A DNA stretch of 62,033 nucleotides, filler included, from Choristocarpus tenellus KU-1152 (lineage: Eukaryota; Protista; Phaeophyceae): NCBI GenBank assembly GCA_964200185.2. It is 7 parts of 7 records of this genome, joined end to end, with 100 filler letters (N's around TTAATTAATTAA, not from the genome) between each part and the next. Parts side by side here need not be neighbours in the genome. Positions count along the whole stretch, not along the records: positions 1 to 14,052 come from CAXNAD020001292.1; 6 more parts are not named here. One strand, 5' to 3'. The notes under the pieces are model-generated. The model worked only from the letters and a program-made list of their open reading frames with translations. It did not search any database and was not told the DNA's origin. The position numbers were made by a program, and so were the translations under genes. This document shows, in pieces, positions 1 to 12,760 of this stretch (position 1 is its first letter; each line of letters opens with the position of its first letter).

Positions 1-1535
1 CTGGGGGTGGGAGCAGATCCAATCGGGGGTTCTCCATCCACCAAATCATACCTTGTGCTCCTCATCTCTACTTATCAAGAATATCAAGAATATCAGGAGA
101 GACACCACAGACCCTCACCACCTCACCAATTTCATATCACACGACCACCACGCGCCTTTCTGCGTCTCCTCTATCATCCAATTTGCAGAATAAGGTCAAT
201 CCACGTCTATCCAAGTTGGTTTTGCTAAGGTATCCTAGTAGACATGCAGGACTCATTGTGATCAAGAAGAGGTCATGACAGTAGGTTTGAGGTTTTGTTG
301 GCGGCCTATAAGACCGCCCAATCAATGATTACCAAAAACACGCCTCTGCGCCAACCCAACATAACAAAGTACTGAACGTTCCACTGAAACATTAACTTCC
401 CTCCCAAAACTAACACTCACTTTTTGTATCGATCACGATCTAACATTATATGCTTTTCTCATCATAATCTTAAAAATGCACCAGCATTAGGAAACTGACA
501 AAATTGGTGGGAAGGTGGGGATGATGGACTATTCACAACAACACTAAGATTGGGTCAGTCAGAGACAAGCCGGTTCCCATCCTGAACAGGTTCAGAGACC
601 ACGATGAAGGCCTGGAAGTGGCAGGCTTTGGCGATTCCCTTCTTCCTCCTCGAAGGAATCAAGACTCTGGATGAGGTGAGAGGGAGATGGGGACAAGGGG
701 GAGTCCAGATATCTTGACGCCTGCCCTGTTGTACGTGCCACGACACCATAATAGTACTCCACGACTTCTTCTCCTTACACATAACGACGGTCCTTCTCAA
801 GCCCCTTAGTAACATAAAATGGTTACTACTCATGGTAGAGGTTTCCTTGTTCAAGCTCACGGAGGTGAAGACATGTATGTATGTATCCACGACCACAACC
901 GGGGTCTCTTCCTTCGGGAAGAAGCTGTCATCTTGCGAAAACGAATTGGTGAGGTGGTGCATGAAGGGCCGCGCATCGCCAGGCCTCCGAGACCGTCGTA
1001 CCCTGGAGCAGCCGAAAATGATTTCTCCCTCAGTGTTGGTGATGGTTCAAGGTCTGCCTGGTTTGTGGGCTGACACAAAGCTGTTCCACAACCTCGGCAC
1101 ATTCCCAGATACTGTAGACGGGCGCCCACCAACCTTCTCCGCTCGCGTGCGTGCACACACTAACACCGCTCTCCACTCTAAGGTTATTCCAAACACATCA
1201 AACAACAAATGGTAACACCTCCATGTAAACAATGCCACTCTTGCAGGGATTTATCCACACAGTCCTGTGCTATGCAGGCCTTGCTGGGCACCTGGAAAAT
1301 TCCAGGACGACCATCTGACTCGCAGAGTCAGTGGAAGAATGCGCGTTGCATGTGGTGGAGAAGGAAGTGGACAATGTGCTCCACGAACCAGAAGAAAACG
1401 CCACACCTCAGTGAGATCGAACTCTAGAGTGCGCAAGGGTGCCTTCCATTATTTGTACACCTAAAACAGTTTTGGGTCGGAGTGATTTCCATGGCAGTAG
1501 TGGTCTTTATATTGTCTTATCACGTTAGATACTCG

Positions 1536-1870
1536 CCCATCCCATCCACGACAATCATTGACAGCTCCAAGCCACAAGCCTAACCAACGATACAAATCAA
1601 GACCCTCTACTTACCACGTCGACCTCTGCAAAAGAAGCCTTCTCGTTGTCGGCCATGACATTCTCCTTGGCCACTGGCGAAGGGTTGGCAATAGCAGTGG
1701 AGCTGCAGAGCTGCAACCAAACCCTCGCTGGTTGCCCAGGAGAATGTCGTGGCTGACAATGAGAAGGTTTCGTTTGCAGAGGTCAATATGGTAAGTAGAG
1801 GGTTGTAATTTGTACTAGTGGTGAGTCCTGGATCTCGAAACTGTCAATGATTGTCATGGATAGGATGGGA
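1536..1870. repeat. Diverged inverted duplication (head-to-head) centred near 1700
   Basis: 1603-1688 (ccctctacttaccacgtcgacctctgca...) aligns with the reverse complement of 1717-1802 (...tgcagaggtcaatatggtaagtagaggg). The match extends to cccatc-atcca-gacaatcattgacag at 1536-1564 versus 1841-1869. Confidence 0.9.
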
Positions 1871-2253
1871 CATGCCAAGGTATCACTAGGCCGTAGTCAC
1901 CACGGATTACATGTGTTCCTGCTCTTTGTAGATGCAGATAGCCCTCGTTTCATGATCCTGGTGCTCCAAGTGTCAGCGAGTATGCCATTCCTTCGTCCAC
2001 TACACCCATTGTCGCTACTTCTGTGTTCCTCATCGCAACATCAAACACTTGCATATGCTACAATGACCTGCAAAATATCAGCATTGACTTCTGAGGTAGA
2101 CATTTTGAATTGTCATGGAACCCTTCCAGTCCTCCGTTGCGAACCTATTCTTATGTCAAGTTGTGAAGACCAACCTTCCACACCGACGTTCTGCATTGCT
2201 ACTTCTTCCAAACAAACTGGGGTGGTCAAAGCTCCAGTACATGTGAACTGCCT

Positions 2254-3340
2254 TTGCAGTCCCAGACACTCAAAGAAGAGGAGTACCCAACAATAATCCC
2301 CACAAAAGGTTCACCTGCAACAAGCCCAACAGAGGGGGACGCAGGAAAGGCCAAGGTGGTAAGGGAGAAGAGGGGTCGCAGGCCCCCAAAGAGGAAAAGG
2401 AAGAAGGGTCCTCAGGGGAGGACAACCACAATGGAGGGAGGAGTTGAGGGTCAGGAAGGCCTGAGGGAAACTGCTGGCTATGGAAGTGAGATGAGGTTGG
2501 ACACCGTGGCATGTGTCCAACCCATGACTTCAATATCTGGATTGGATCAGGCACGTCTATGTATACTCAAGTGTGATGCAGGGGGATAAGTTTGAGTACA
2601 TCACAATACATTACACTGCTGGAGAGGAATTTTATAGCCCAATTGGTGGAACTGTTCGGCAGGTAGATGCCTTACCTGGCAAAGGATCAGATGGTTGGGT
2701 GATGAATGATCCTTTCTGCTGAGGGCAGTCGTCGAGGGCTCATGGGTGGGACCCTGCTTGTGAAGGGGGGATATCCTTTCAACTCACACTCACTTGATGA
2801 GAGTCATGTGTCAATGGAAGACAAAGATATCCTACACGCTGATCTCAAGTAGCGTGCTTTTCAGAGCACATTGTAGGTTTGACCTCGTGAAGTCCCCACC
2901 AATTGCATTTCTCGTCCTGCCCTTAATCCAGAACCTCCATTCCTGGTCCAAGGAGCTCATTCCTGGGGGAAACGATTGGGAGAAGAAGCCGGGCTTCAAG
3001 AATCCCCGGAAGGATGACCTGGGAAATCTCGTTGTGCCTTGTGCTGGCGATGGGAATTGCTTTTTTCGGACAGAAATGTTCTGCATTCTCCTGGGCCTGG
3101 TCATGGAGGCCACCAAGCTCAGCTGGGTGTGGGAAAAGCTCAAGACCACACTTGTGGAGGCACTCACCACAGAGAGTCAAATCAAGGTATGTCGCGATTA
3201 ATTGCAAGGATGACTGAATGCCCGTACTGGCCCGATCAGTTGGTTGTGAGGTATGCCCATTGAACAGCACACGGTAGTCCACAGGTAGGGTTGAGATGAA
3301 GGGCCTTTAGGGAAGGTCATTGGTCTTTGATGAACTAACA
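2254..3340 (+). pseudogene. Decayed PHD-like finger plus OTU-like cysteine protease coding region
   Basis: VVPCAGDGNCFFR at 3031-3069 matches the OTU catalytic Cys motif, with a possible His motif EGHWSL near 3312-3329. Upstream ILKCDAGG*..HH..LHCW..*PNWWNCSAGRC (about 2564-2670) resembles a PHD finger. In-frame stops are present. Confidence 0.55.
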
Positions 3341-3559
3341 ACCCCCACAATTGAATGGGTCTTAGGGAAGGAGGCGTCAGACGTGATGGTACCACCAAGA
3401 ATATTCAGTACCTGGTGGGAGGGTGAAGATGTTAATATCGTCCAAGCCCTCATACTATGATGGGTATGGTGATGTGGGCTGTGCCTGGGGTTGGGAAAAA
3501 CTTGTGGTATGTGCAATGTATATATGCCAACACAAAAGCGTAAGATTTGTGAAAATATT

Positions 3560-4900
3560 GGATTCCATCAAGAATACTGAATCATCCACGGGTAGAAGCA
3601 CACCCTGCAAAACTTCAAACCACAAAGTGGCAAAAGAGTCGAGTTTTGTGCATATTGAAGAGTATCAACAATATATCTCGTGTCAAAATTCAATGCCGCT
3701 TGACGGTTGATCGGTCACAAGCCAACTGTCTCTGCATGTCAAGTTGTGACCAACCTCAAAGCATTTCATAAAATATCTATCACCAGAGTGCAGAATAGTA
3801 TACTTGGAAATATCTCCTATCGGGACTACATCAGTTTCTCTCTAGGAGCAGACATACATATACATGCCATGGGATTTATGATTGTTTCTGATGTGCAAAA
3901 TGGTGCTTCATTGAGTTGTGAACTTGTTGTTGTGACAAGCTTGTTAGTTGGCACACTGATTTGTGGTAAATTTTGAAACCCAAGGGTGAAGTCCCCATGC
4001 ACAAGGAGGGTTAGGGCCACGCCACATAGTCCGGGTCCTGGAGATTTGGAATAGGCATTGCATAGTCATTGGGTTGGGCTCTTGGTCGACCAGTGGAAGA
4101 ACAAGTACTTCCAGAGTCGATTTGAATTGAAGATGGACAGTCTCCAGACATATGGTAGTAGAGATTCGAGGAGGAAATATTCAACAACCCTGGTTAGACG
4201 TCGAGGGTAGGGGAAGGTGCAACAACCCGAAAAGACCTCTAAGGTTGGGTTATTTTATCACAAAGGTACTGATACTATGTGAAGCATTCAGATACTGCGT
4301 TTCAAATCCCAAGCATTCTGGACGACATATAAAGATGATCATTCTAGACTCTCTTGATCAAATCTGAGTGACTGCCTGATATCCTTGAAACACCTGTGTT
4401 CCAACCAACCAAATCCACTCCCTTCTCTTACACATCCCAATGTGTGTATTTAGGAGATTTATAGCGAAGACATGAGCACCGCCCATGCGTTCCTGTTACT
4501 CCTTTCTGAGGAGGAAGGCGGAGAGGAGTTGGCGAAAATGGCGGTTGACACCCTACTGCAAGATACAACCGGGGGTATCGACAGGGGCCTTGTGATTCTG
4601 GCTCGAATTCTTCACTTGGAAGGCTTGCGGCTGATGGAGGATCAGGGTATATATCTGGTGAGACATTTCAGCAATAACCCCATGGCCAAAGCAACACACA
4701 GCCAGCCACACGGCTAGTTCTGCATGCCTTTCATCATGACACTCGAAACTCCATTGAGGTCTCATTCCCGTGCACTCATGGTTCCTCACAACTTGGGATA
4801 TCTGTAGGGTTCACAGGAGGATGCCGAGACAGAAGTGGGGGACACCACGACCCTCTGCCACAACATCTCTCCTTTTGCAAATGGAGGGGAAAGCGCATTG
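3560..4900 (+). mobile_element. Decayed Academ-like (DUF6589-type) DDE transposase relic
   Basis: Ordered degenerate motifs: SINNI at 3661-3675 (IDNI with CG>CA), LICGK near 3956, PGPGDLE*ALHSHW..LLVDQW near 4030-4096, and helical ORF 4472-4717 ending FSNNPMAKATHSQPHG*FC, which resembles the N..G...P.D...E segment. Many stops and frameshifts. Confidence 0.4.
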
Positions 4901-5299
4901 TCCTGGGCTCTGGGCGTTGGGATCAACATGTCCTACCTCAGCGACAAAGGGAGAGTAGAGGCAAGGAATAGGTCAAGCACCCCCATGAACTCTCCATTTC
5001 CTGGAACTTCATACATATGCCTCTACGGACTTGTGTCTCCGTCTCACCCCACCGCCTGTACATCCCTTCAATGTTTTGCTATATCATATGCAATGCAGAA
5101 ATGCTGAACGAACCAGCGCCCCAGGAAGCCCAGGCAAGAAGGGAAGGAGGTCCTGGTTGTGGAAGACATGGGCAGCTACTACCGGAAGGGTCACTACGAA
5201 GTCCTGGTAGATAGCTGCTCTGCTGTGGGACAGATCTTGGAGGGTTTGGTAGAGGATGGCTCCTGAGTGATTGTTGTGGCACCACCGGCCAATGATGTG

Positions 5300-6650
5300 A
5301 GCCCTATGCATGCGTTTCTGTTTCCTCCAGATTGCCTCAGGGTGTTGGCTGAATTCCATACTGTGATGCCGATGGATGGTTTGAAGCTTCTCTGGAGTTT
5401 TGTAGTGCAATTTCACACCATCAATCTATGTGGTGTATTGGCTGCTGCCCCTTCTGCATCTGGTAAAATGCTGGTTCAATACTACTGCCGTCCTTCCTGG
5501 AAGCTTGTTGATTTCTTCGAAAGTACAGAGGAGTCTCAAAGGCAACCTGAACTGTTGACCTTTAGCGAAACTTGTTTGGCTTCATCAACAACAGTTGAAA
5601 TACTCCGGAGAGGATATACGATTAGATATTTGTGTTTGCTACTATACACCATGGTTTGAGTGCAACAAGCACTAGCTTTCTCAATATTGAAATGGTGAAA
5701 GTCTGTCACTCAAATGATCTCAGTTGGATTCATGCCTTTCGGTCTTGGTCAGGAACATACCACTCTTCAAACGTTCGTCTTTCAAGCTCCGTGAATGTGA
5801 TCTAGTGAACTGTATACATGGAAAGTACTTGCGGAACTCTCAACCACATTCAGTTGTAAGAAACATAGTTTGATTCACATCAATCAAGTGCACGATTGGT
5901 CAGAAGCAGGTTGAGTGGTTCCATCTTATGCAAACATTTGGAGTGAACCTTCTTTGATTTCAAGAGAAGGATTCATGAATCAAATAGAGCGTCCATGTAA
6001 AGCCTTTAGTGTTCCACTTGTTGTACCTGGAGAATCATAAACACGACCTGAGTCTAGGATGGAAGCATTAACCAATCCCTATCTGGTGTAGTGTACTAAC
6101 CCATCAAGCTATGTGCTTTCATGAATTTGTAACAGCAAAGTTCAGGGAGTTTTGTACGCTATACTTGATAGACACTAGGCTCTGCAACTTCTCCAGGCAC
6201 ACCACACACAAAAGGTATGAAAGTGGACCAAATACAGTAATTCCAATATGTCCATGCTACTATGAAGCTGAAGGTACCATGACGTGATCTGGTGAATGAC
6301 CCCAGCGACTCACCTATCCACTGCCAACAACTTCGCAGTATGCAGCGACAGTGCTTGAAAACCGTGCAGAAATGGAAACCTATTTCAAGCCTTAAGGGTA
6401 GCCATGTGTATGAAATGCATGAACACTTGTTTGCACCTCTCTCTGTGCTTGCTCTCCAATCTTTATCGACGTTATAGACACACGCTCTGTTTCCTCCGAT
6501 AAGGCTACATCCTGGCACATGCAATCACCCAATAGTTGGCTTCATTCGTCTCAAACATGAGATGAAAGACGAAAATCCATCTGCTTAAAAACCATCCTGT
6601 GCCTCTCTGCTGGCTGAATATCGCTATCAATTCAAATGATGGTAGGAACA
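5300..6650 (+). pseudogene. Decayed RecQ-like SF2 helicase
   Basis: Motif I-like GVLAAAPSASGKM (5432-5470). Motif II plus aromatic-loop-like IHINQVHDWSEAG*VVPSYANI (about 5873-5938; RecQ consensus IDEAHCxSxWGHDFRPxY). Motif IV-like LV*CT (6083-6097) and YVHATM (about 6247). Motifs are in the correct order. Confidence 0.6.
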
Positions 6651-9525
6651 CAGTTTCCTTCAACCAAGATGCCACAGTACAGCATTTGGTGTATACAAGT
6701 ATCAAACAATAGTTACACTTCTCTTAGTTGTGACCACAATAGTCCCCAATCAAGCATGGAAGCAGATGTAGTATGTTCTCTTAGCTATGACCACTAAGAA
6801 AGGAAGCAGCTGTGTCACTCATATTGTACCTTCAACTCCTGTTATAAAAACACTGAAATCTTTGGCGTTCATGACATTACTCCACTTACTTTTTTCCGTC
6901 GCCCCACCCCCCACTGCCATGATTAATTCCCATTGCCTCTGCTTGTAGGAAGGGTCGCCATGATTCATAAACCCTTAGGTGCCGCCTCTATTGAAATGAT
7001 ACCACTACTACTACAAATGTTCGATTTATGTATGGGCTGCTAAAAACTGACTTCCCATCTCCGTTTGCATTGTGATAGGAGGGGATTGATTGCGTTGTGC
7101 AAGTTCCATGATCACGTAGTTGTATGACTGGTTACTATCCAATTGAATGCTACAACTAGTTTAGTTTTGACTTCACCCTTACATAATATACATAAACTCC
7201 ATCAGTCATAAGTAACAAGTGAAATTTCTTCTGATTGGTCTTCGAGGAATATTTTGTGCTCCTTCGTATCATTTTAAAAAGTGCCATTGCAAAGTGCATG
7301 GGCAGCATACCCAGTGCTGCAGGTTATAACCAAAGTTGCACCTTTGAGAATATCGAAGGCCAAAAATAATACTTTACTTGGTACAAATATTCCTTTAAGA
7401 CCTTTCCGTTTCTGACATATTGAGGAATTTATGGGGCAGCTGGTGCATCTAATGGCACCGTGTGCCTATCTTTTTTGGTGAATGTGGAGTTTTTGCTGGA
7501 GCTGTAGTGTCTGCAACAAGAGGCGATAAAGTTCTCCTGAACTTAATGTGCTTTGATTAATTGTGGAAGTATTGTTCACAATCAAGTTCAAGAACACAGG
7601 GACTTGTGATTACTCCTAGTTGTCTGAGATTGAGAGGGTGTTCATAGTAACCCTTCCCACTAAGGTACAATGCTATGTAGCATTAGTTAACTAGTTGTGA
7701 ATGGCAAAAAAAGACAGTTTCACTGTGTGTGGTGATACAAATATTCCACTGCTATAGTAACAGTAGTGCAGATTATTTTTAGTGCATTCCTAGTTGTAAA
7801 TGGTTCATAACAGACCAGTAAGTCATACAATCGTTAGGAACATGAAGACAAGCTGCCTCCATGCTGAAATAGAAAATCTCTCTAGTACACATCAAGCAAC
7901 ATTGCCCTGTTTTATCTCCCGAACTACTAGTGATGCTTCTAGAAGGGAGGTTGACAGGACCAGAACGACAATGCTGTCCTGTATTCTATTTAAAATATTT
8001 TGTACATACTCAGTACCAGTTGCTACTGTTTTTTCCATCCCGATAGTCTTCTAGGAATACTCAGTCTAACTCAATGTTGCAAAAACATATTTTGAAGTCT
8101 GCTGTAATAATGTACTGAACGAAGATCAGGAAATGAAGAAGGGTTTATCACTAGTTAATTTATCCTGAACAAGATCACCACGTTGGATTGCAGTTCCCTT
8201 AAAACCATTTAACAACCCTCCCATGAGCTAGCAGGAGAGCCTGAAGAGGGGTTTCCAACATTCCTTGTACCCTAACCCTAGAATATCTGACAAAATATCT
8301 CACAAAGTTTCCACTGAACAGGGAAGCAGTCATATCTTAAACTGTGATTCAATACCATGAACAGCAAAAATTGCTTGCACTAAATATGCATGCCTGCAAT
8401 GGACAGTCCAGTTATGGTTCAGGTTGATCCAGACTTGTTTGTGCCTAGTTGTAAAGTGATGTTGAGTCATGTTTTATTTCTTTTCCTGCTTTCTTGAGTG
8501 TGGCCACTGGTAGTACTGATTGATCAACCTGACATACACCCAATATAGCTTGATCGGATAAGAGTAGTCACTCAAAGAGAGTTCCAAGATTTTAACAACG
8601 GGTTTACAAACAATTTTTCCTAACTCTCCCGATGTCTTATCAAGTGAAGTGGCATGTACTCGTTCAGGTTTAATGACTTTGTTGCGTTTCACAGTTAGCC
8701 CAACAGAGATGGTCCAATACCACACCACAGCTCTAGCATGAACAACAATGTACCCCACATCTTTGCTTGGCAAGTTTGAGTCAACAAAACAGTGATGTTC
8801 CAGTGCTTGAACAGAGGATGGTGATGTTGGGCAAGTCAAGATGAGAGTTATTTCATAGTGGTAGGCATGCCTTCCAAAAACCACAAGCCCCATAGTGCGC
8901 TCAAACAAGGATTTCCCCACAATATTTGTTGCAAAAAGGCGAGGAGATATCCAAGTTGAGTTGAAGATGTAGGACCTGATCAATCTCTACATAACGAGAT
9001 ATTGGTACGAACTATAAAATAGCTCAATAGTAGCAGATATCAGAAGGATAATCAATAGGAAAAAAAAGTGATATACAGGGAGTGAGGGAGGCAAACGAAG
9101 AAAAATCAAATAAAAAAGTAAGAGGAGAGATGGTGCAGCTGATGAGACAAGCACCAAAATGTGGACAAAAAACTTTGTATCTCAAGCAGCACCACCACAA
9201 GAAGAGCCGATGTTCATTACTAAAAATAACGACAAACCACAGCCTCCCAAAGCTCAACCAAGTGACTCCAAAGCAGTTGTTAACTTGTTCAGGTTTTATA
9301 GAGGGACTATAGACTGCGGAACAGAATTGCCTTCTCCAGAGCCAGGCAGGGTGACCAAACCACTACTCAAAACTCAACCCGCTACTTTCAAGTGATTAGA
9401 ACACACACGAATGTTAGTTCAATTTGATGGCAAGGCTTACACTGTGGTACCAAAGCATCTTTCATCCTAACCTGCCAACCACAAAGCGCTCGCCATCCAT
9501 CTCGCCCTCACTTTAACAAGCAAGA

Positions 9526-12500
9526 TTACCACCCAGAACCGGCAGGGGCCTGAGAAGAGCCCCAACCCCCATCCCCAGCTGGAGCTGAAGGTGCTGCAGC
9601 AGGCGGTGCCGGGGCATCCCACCCACTCCCAGCTGGTGCTGCTGGGGGTGCCACAGTAGCCGCAACCATAGGCTCTGGGGCAGCAGCCACAGGGACAGCT
9701 GGGGCTGCATCCCACCCGCCACCAGTGGGGGCAGCCATGGCAGCAGGAGCTCCAAACCCAGGATCAACTGGCATACCTGCAGGGTCAACCACTGCAGCAG
9801 CCACTGGGGCACCAAAGCCCTCCATTGGGGTGGGAGCAACAGGGGCTCCAGCGTCACCTCCCCATGAAGGGGCAGCCAGAGGGGGCTCCTGGAATGGAGC
9901 CTGAGCCTCTTCCGCCTTCTCCAGCTCTTCTGGCTCACGGTAGAAGAATAGGTCCACGGGAACATCCCAAGGCACCTGAACATGTCAAAGGAGGGTCGAG
10001 GGAGAGAGATGGATGGGCAGACTGAACCGGAAGCAAACCAGTTAGATACGACTCATGCAATGGAGTCAGCACCAACATTTTTCAAGTGTGCAAAGTTACA
10101 GGTGGCGAGGAAGTTGAAACCTCAGTGTCACTATTCTCATCATATCTCTATCAACAACCACAGTTTTGCTAAACGTGCTGATAGTCTAACATTTTAGACA
10201 GTAGATACAGAGTTCCTAACCCGAACTTGGGTTCCACTGCAGATTACACCAACCGTAGGATGTTGCAAAATTCAAATTGCCTCTAGAGTCTAAAACAGAA
10301 GGATCATCTCTCCCAAACAGTTTAATCACCACCCAACTGTGCTTCAAAACTTATGTATCCTACATTTCCATGTCTTCTCATTCGCGTTTGTTGGGTGCTA
10401 TAGTCAAAACATTTCGGCAATAATTAAATAATAGTCATGTTTCATTGGAGTGATGAAGCTCTCACCGTGCGGTCAATGGTACCACGCATGCGCAGCACCT
10501 CCCTAGCCAGGAGCCAGTACAGCAGGCCAATGGACAGCTTACCCTTGTTGTTGGAAGGAATAGCAACATCCACATTCTGGAGGGGGGAGTCACTGTCGCA
10601 GAAGGCAATCACTGGTACATTGACATAAGACGCCTCCTTCACTGCCTGTGTATATTTCAGGCACCAGCAACAATAACAGAAAAATGTAACACAAGATACC
10701 AGTGGAGAGGGGAACCAGGGAATTGATTTGTGGACATTTTGCCATTGATCAATTAATATACTCTGTACGTTTCACATCTTAACAGACACTTATATCGCGG
10801 ATTTTGCTTACCAGCACCACAAAATCAACAGTTCAAACAAAGAACCAATCTCGGCACAACCGCCAAGACCAGCACCACAAAAAAAGAGCAATACCAACGG
10901 CATGAACAGTAAAGCGTTTGAGTTTAAGCTACTCTAGTTTGAAGTCAAATCATCACCTGGGCATCAGGACGAGGGTCAGTGATGATCAAAAGACGTGGCT
11001 CCCTAAATTGCTTCGTGATCTGATTGGTAAAGGTTCCTGGAGTGAACCGTCCAGCGATAGACAGTGAACCAGTGTACTGGGCAAACTTCAGCACAGCACG
11101 CTGGCCATAGGGCCGGGCAGAGATGGCAATCACATCCTGCATGTAATTCCAGCCAGGACAGGAAAGTTGGGGTAGTGGAGAGCATGTAGGTTAACAGTCA
11201 GGCAGCCCCACTGAACACACGGTGAAGTGGATCACTACCTCAAATCCCTACTTCAAAACAAAAATAGTCAGTACTCTCACAGCCACCGCAAGCAACATCA
11301 TAATTTTTTCCCACAAGAACCACTCTTCTTCGTGAGCGTGTCTCATCCTGTCTTGATTGGGGACAGCATAGAAGAGAGTACCCAGGGTAGGTTCTGCAAA
11401 GCACTTGGTAGTTCACACCCTTTTTTGCCCCCAACCAGTAAGCACAAGCACACCTGAGGGTTCTCGATGGCCACAATGATGCGTGCAGCGAGCACAATCT
11501 TCTCCCATGTCTTACCAATGTTTAGGATGTGGATACCATCCTGAAGGAGGGAGGGGCATAGGAATACATCAAGTTCGTAAAACACTTGAAAGATCAATAG
11601 CATCTAATAGACGGGCAAGCCACAGGACAGATTAATGTGAGGCCAACGTGGGTGAAATGGGAAGTGTCGAACACGAGAAAGGAGAGGTCAAATTAGAAAG
11701 AAGACAAGGTCGACGAGCTAGGATAGGGGTAGCACAATTCATAGCTTGTAATTTCTGAGATAAACACATGATGCACCAACTTGAATCAACTGCTGGAATG
11801 GTACATTGAAGCTGGTCTAGCAAAAGTATGTAGATCTGTCTCTGTACACATACTTTTTTCTTTTTTTATCAATGTTAATTGTTGTCTTCAGTCCAATGGG
11901 TATCAGAACCCATGGTCAAAAGGTAAGCTAAAACAGGGCAACAATCTGTTCGAGATGTGCAAATACTTCAGAGGATGAAATGAAATAAGCAGCGAAAGAA
12001 ATAAAAGAAAATCAGTGTTCTACCAGGGTAGCAAAATGATTTTAGGCGTAATGCATCAACATCCAAGGAGAAAGCGCTGGGATTTCATTCAGAGCATCCC
12101 CTTCAATACAAAGGCCTTAATGATTTTCATGATAACCAAGGGGTGAGGTACAAGTATTCTGACATCAAGTTGTTGAAATAAAAACTGTACCATATTGCAG
12201 TAGCGAGAACAGCAGAGGCACTAGAGCACAAATCAGTCGATTCAATGGAGTATGTACCCATAAATAGACACGCAAGAACCTCCCATCCACACAATCAAAA
12301 GACACTTAACACACCCAGAGGCTTCAGCAAGTGTACAGGGATCTACCACCATTCCAGCCGTGCGAGGACCAAAGACCGTGAATGAGAGCACAGCGTTTTT
12401 GTACGTTACAACCATGCTTAGCAACTGTTTGAGTTTCAGGTGGCCAAAGTATAGTGATGATAGGCCTTTGCCTGGTACCCCAACTGTTTAGTTATTGGAT

Positions 12501-12760
12501 CACATCACTACCCCACCAGTGTCAGCAAGCTTTTCATTCTTTTCATAGCATTGCTTCCACTTCCATCCACAAGTCTTCCTCCCCTCCACCCTCCCCTCCT
12601 TCCTGTCAATATTTCATCTCTTCAATGCACAATTTCAAGCACAATGTGTGCAGACATACTAACCTGGCGGCGGCGCCAGATGTAGTCCTTCATCTGACTA
12701 TCGCTGTTGCGGGTACCGATGTGTACCTGGGCAGAGAGCATCTTTTGGATGTCCTCCTCC
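9526..12760 (-). CDS. RPSA: 40S ribosomal protein SA (uS2). Exons 12664-12760, 11454-11540, 10957-11136, 10466-10645, 9526-9975; a short first exon further upstream (about 13.3 kb) is unresolved
   Basis: GT-AG junctions join in frame to [18 protein letters not shown]...[13 protein letters not shown]...[15 protein letters not shown]...[11 protein letters not shown]...[17 protein letters not shown]...[11 protein letters not shown], followed by an Ala/Pro-rich GGW tail and TAA. Confidence 0.97.

Noticed and set aside
4900-5190. ALGVGIN and GCGRHGQ resembling helicase motifs V and VI
   Set aside because: They lie upstream of motif I and in different frames, too short to support a second or permuted helicase.
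8474-8983. 169-aa minus-strand ORF
   Set aside because: No recognisable motif or splice context; cannot be supported as a gene.
10650-10956. Box C-like GTGATGA at the start of an RPSA intron (possible intronic snoRNA)
   Set aside because: It coincides with the splice donor, and the nearest box D-like CTGA is about 300 nt away with no terminal stem.
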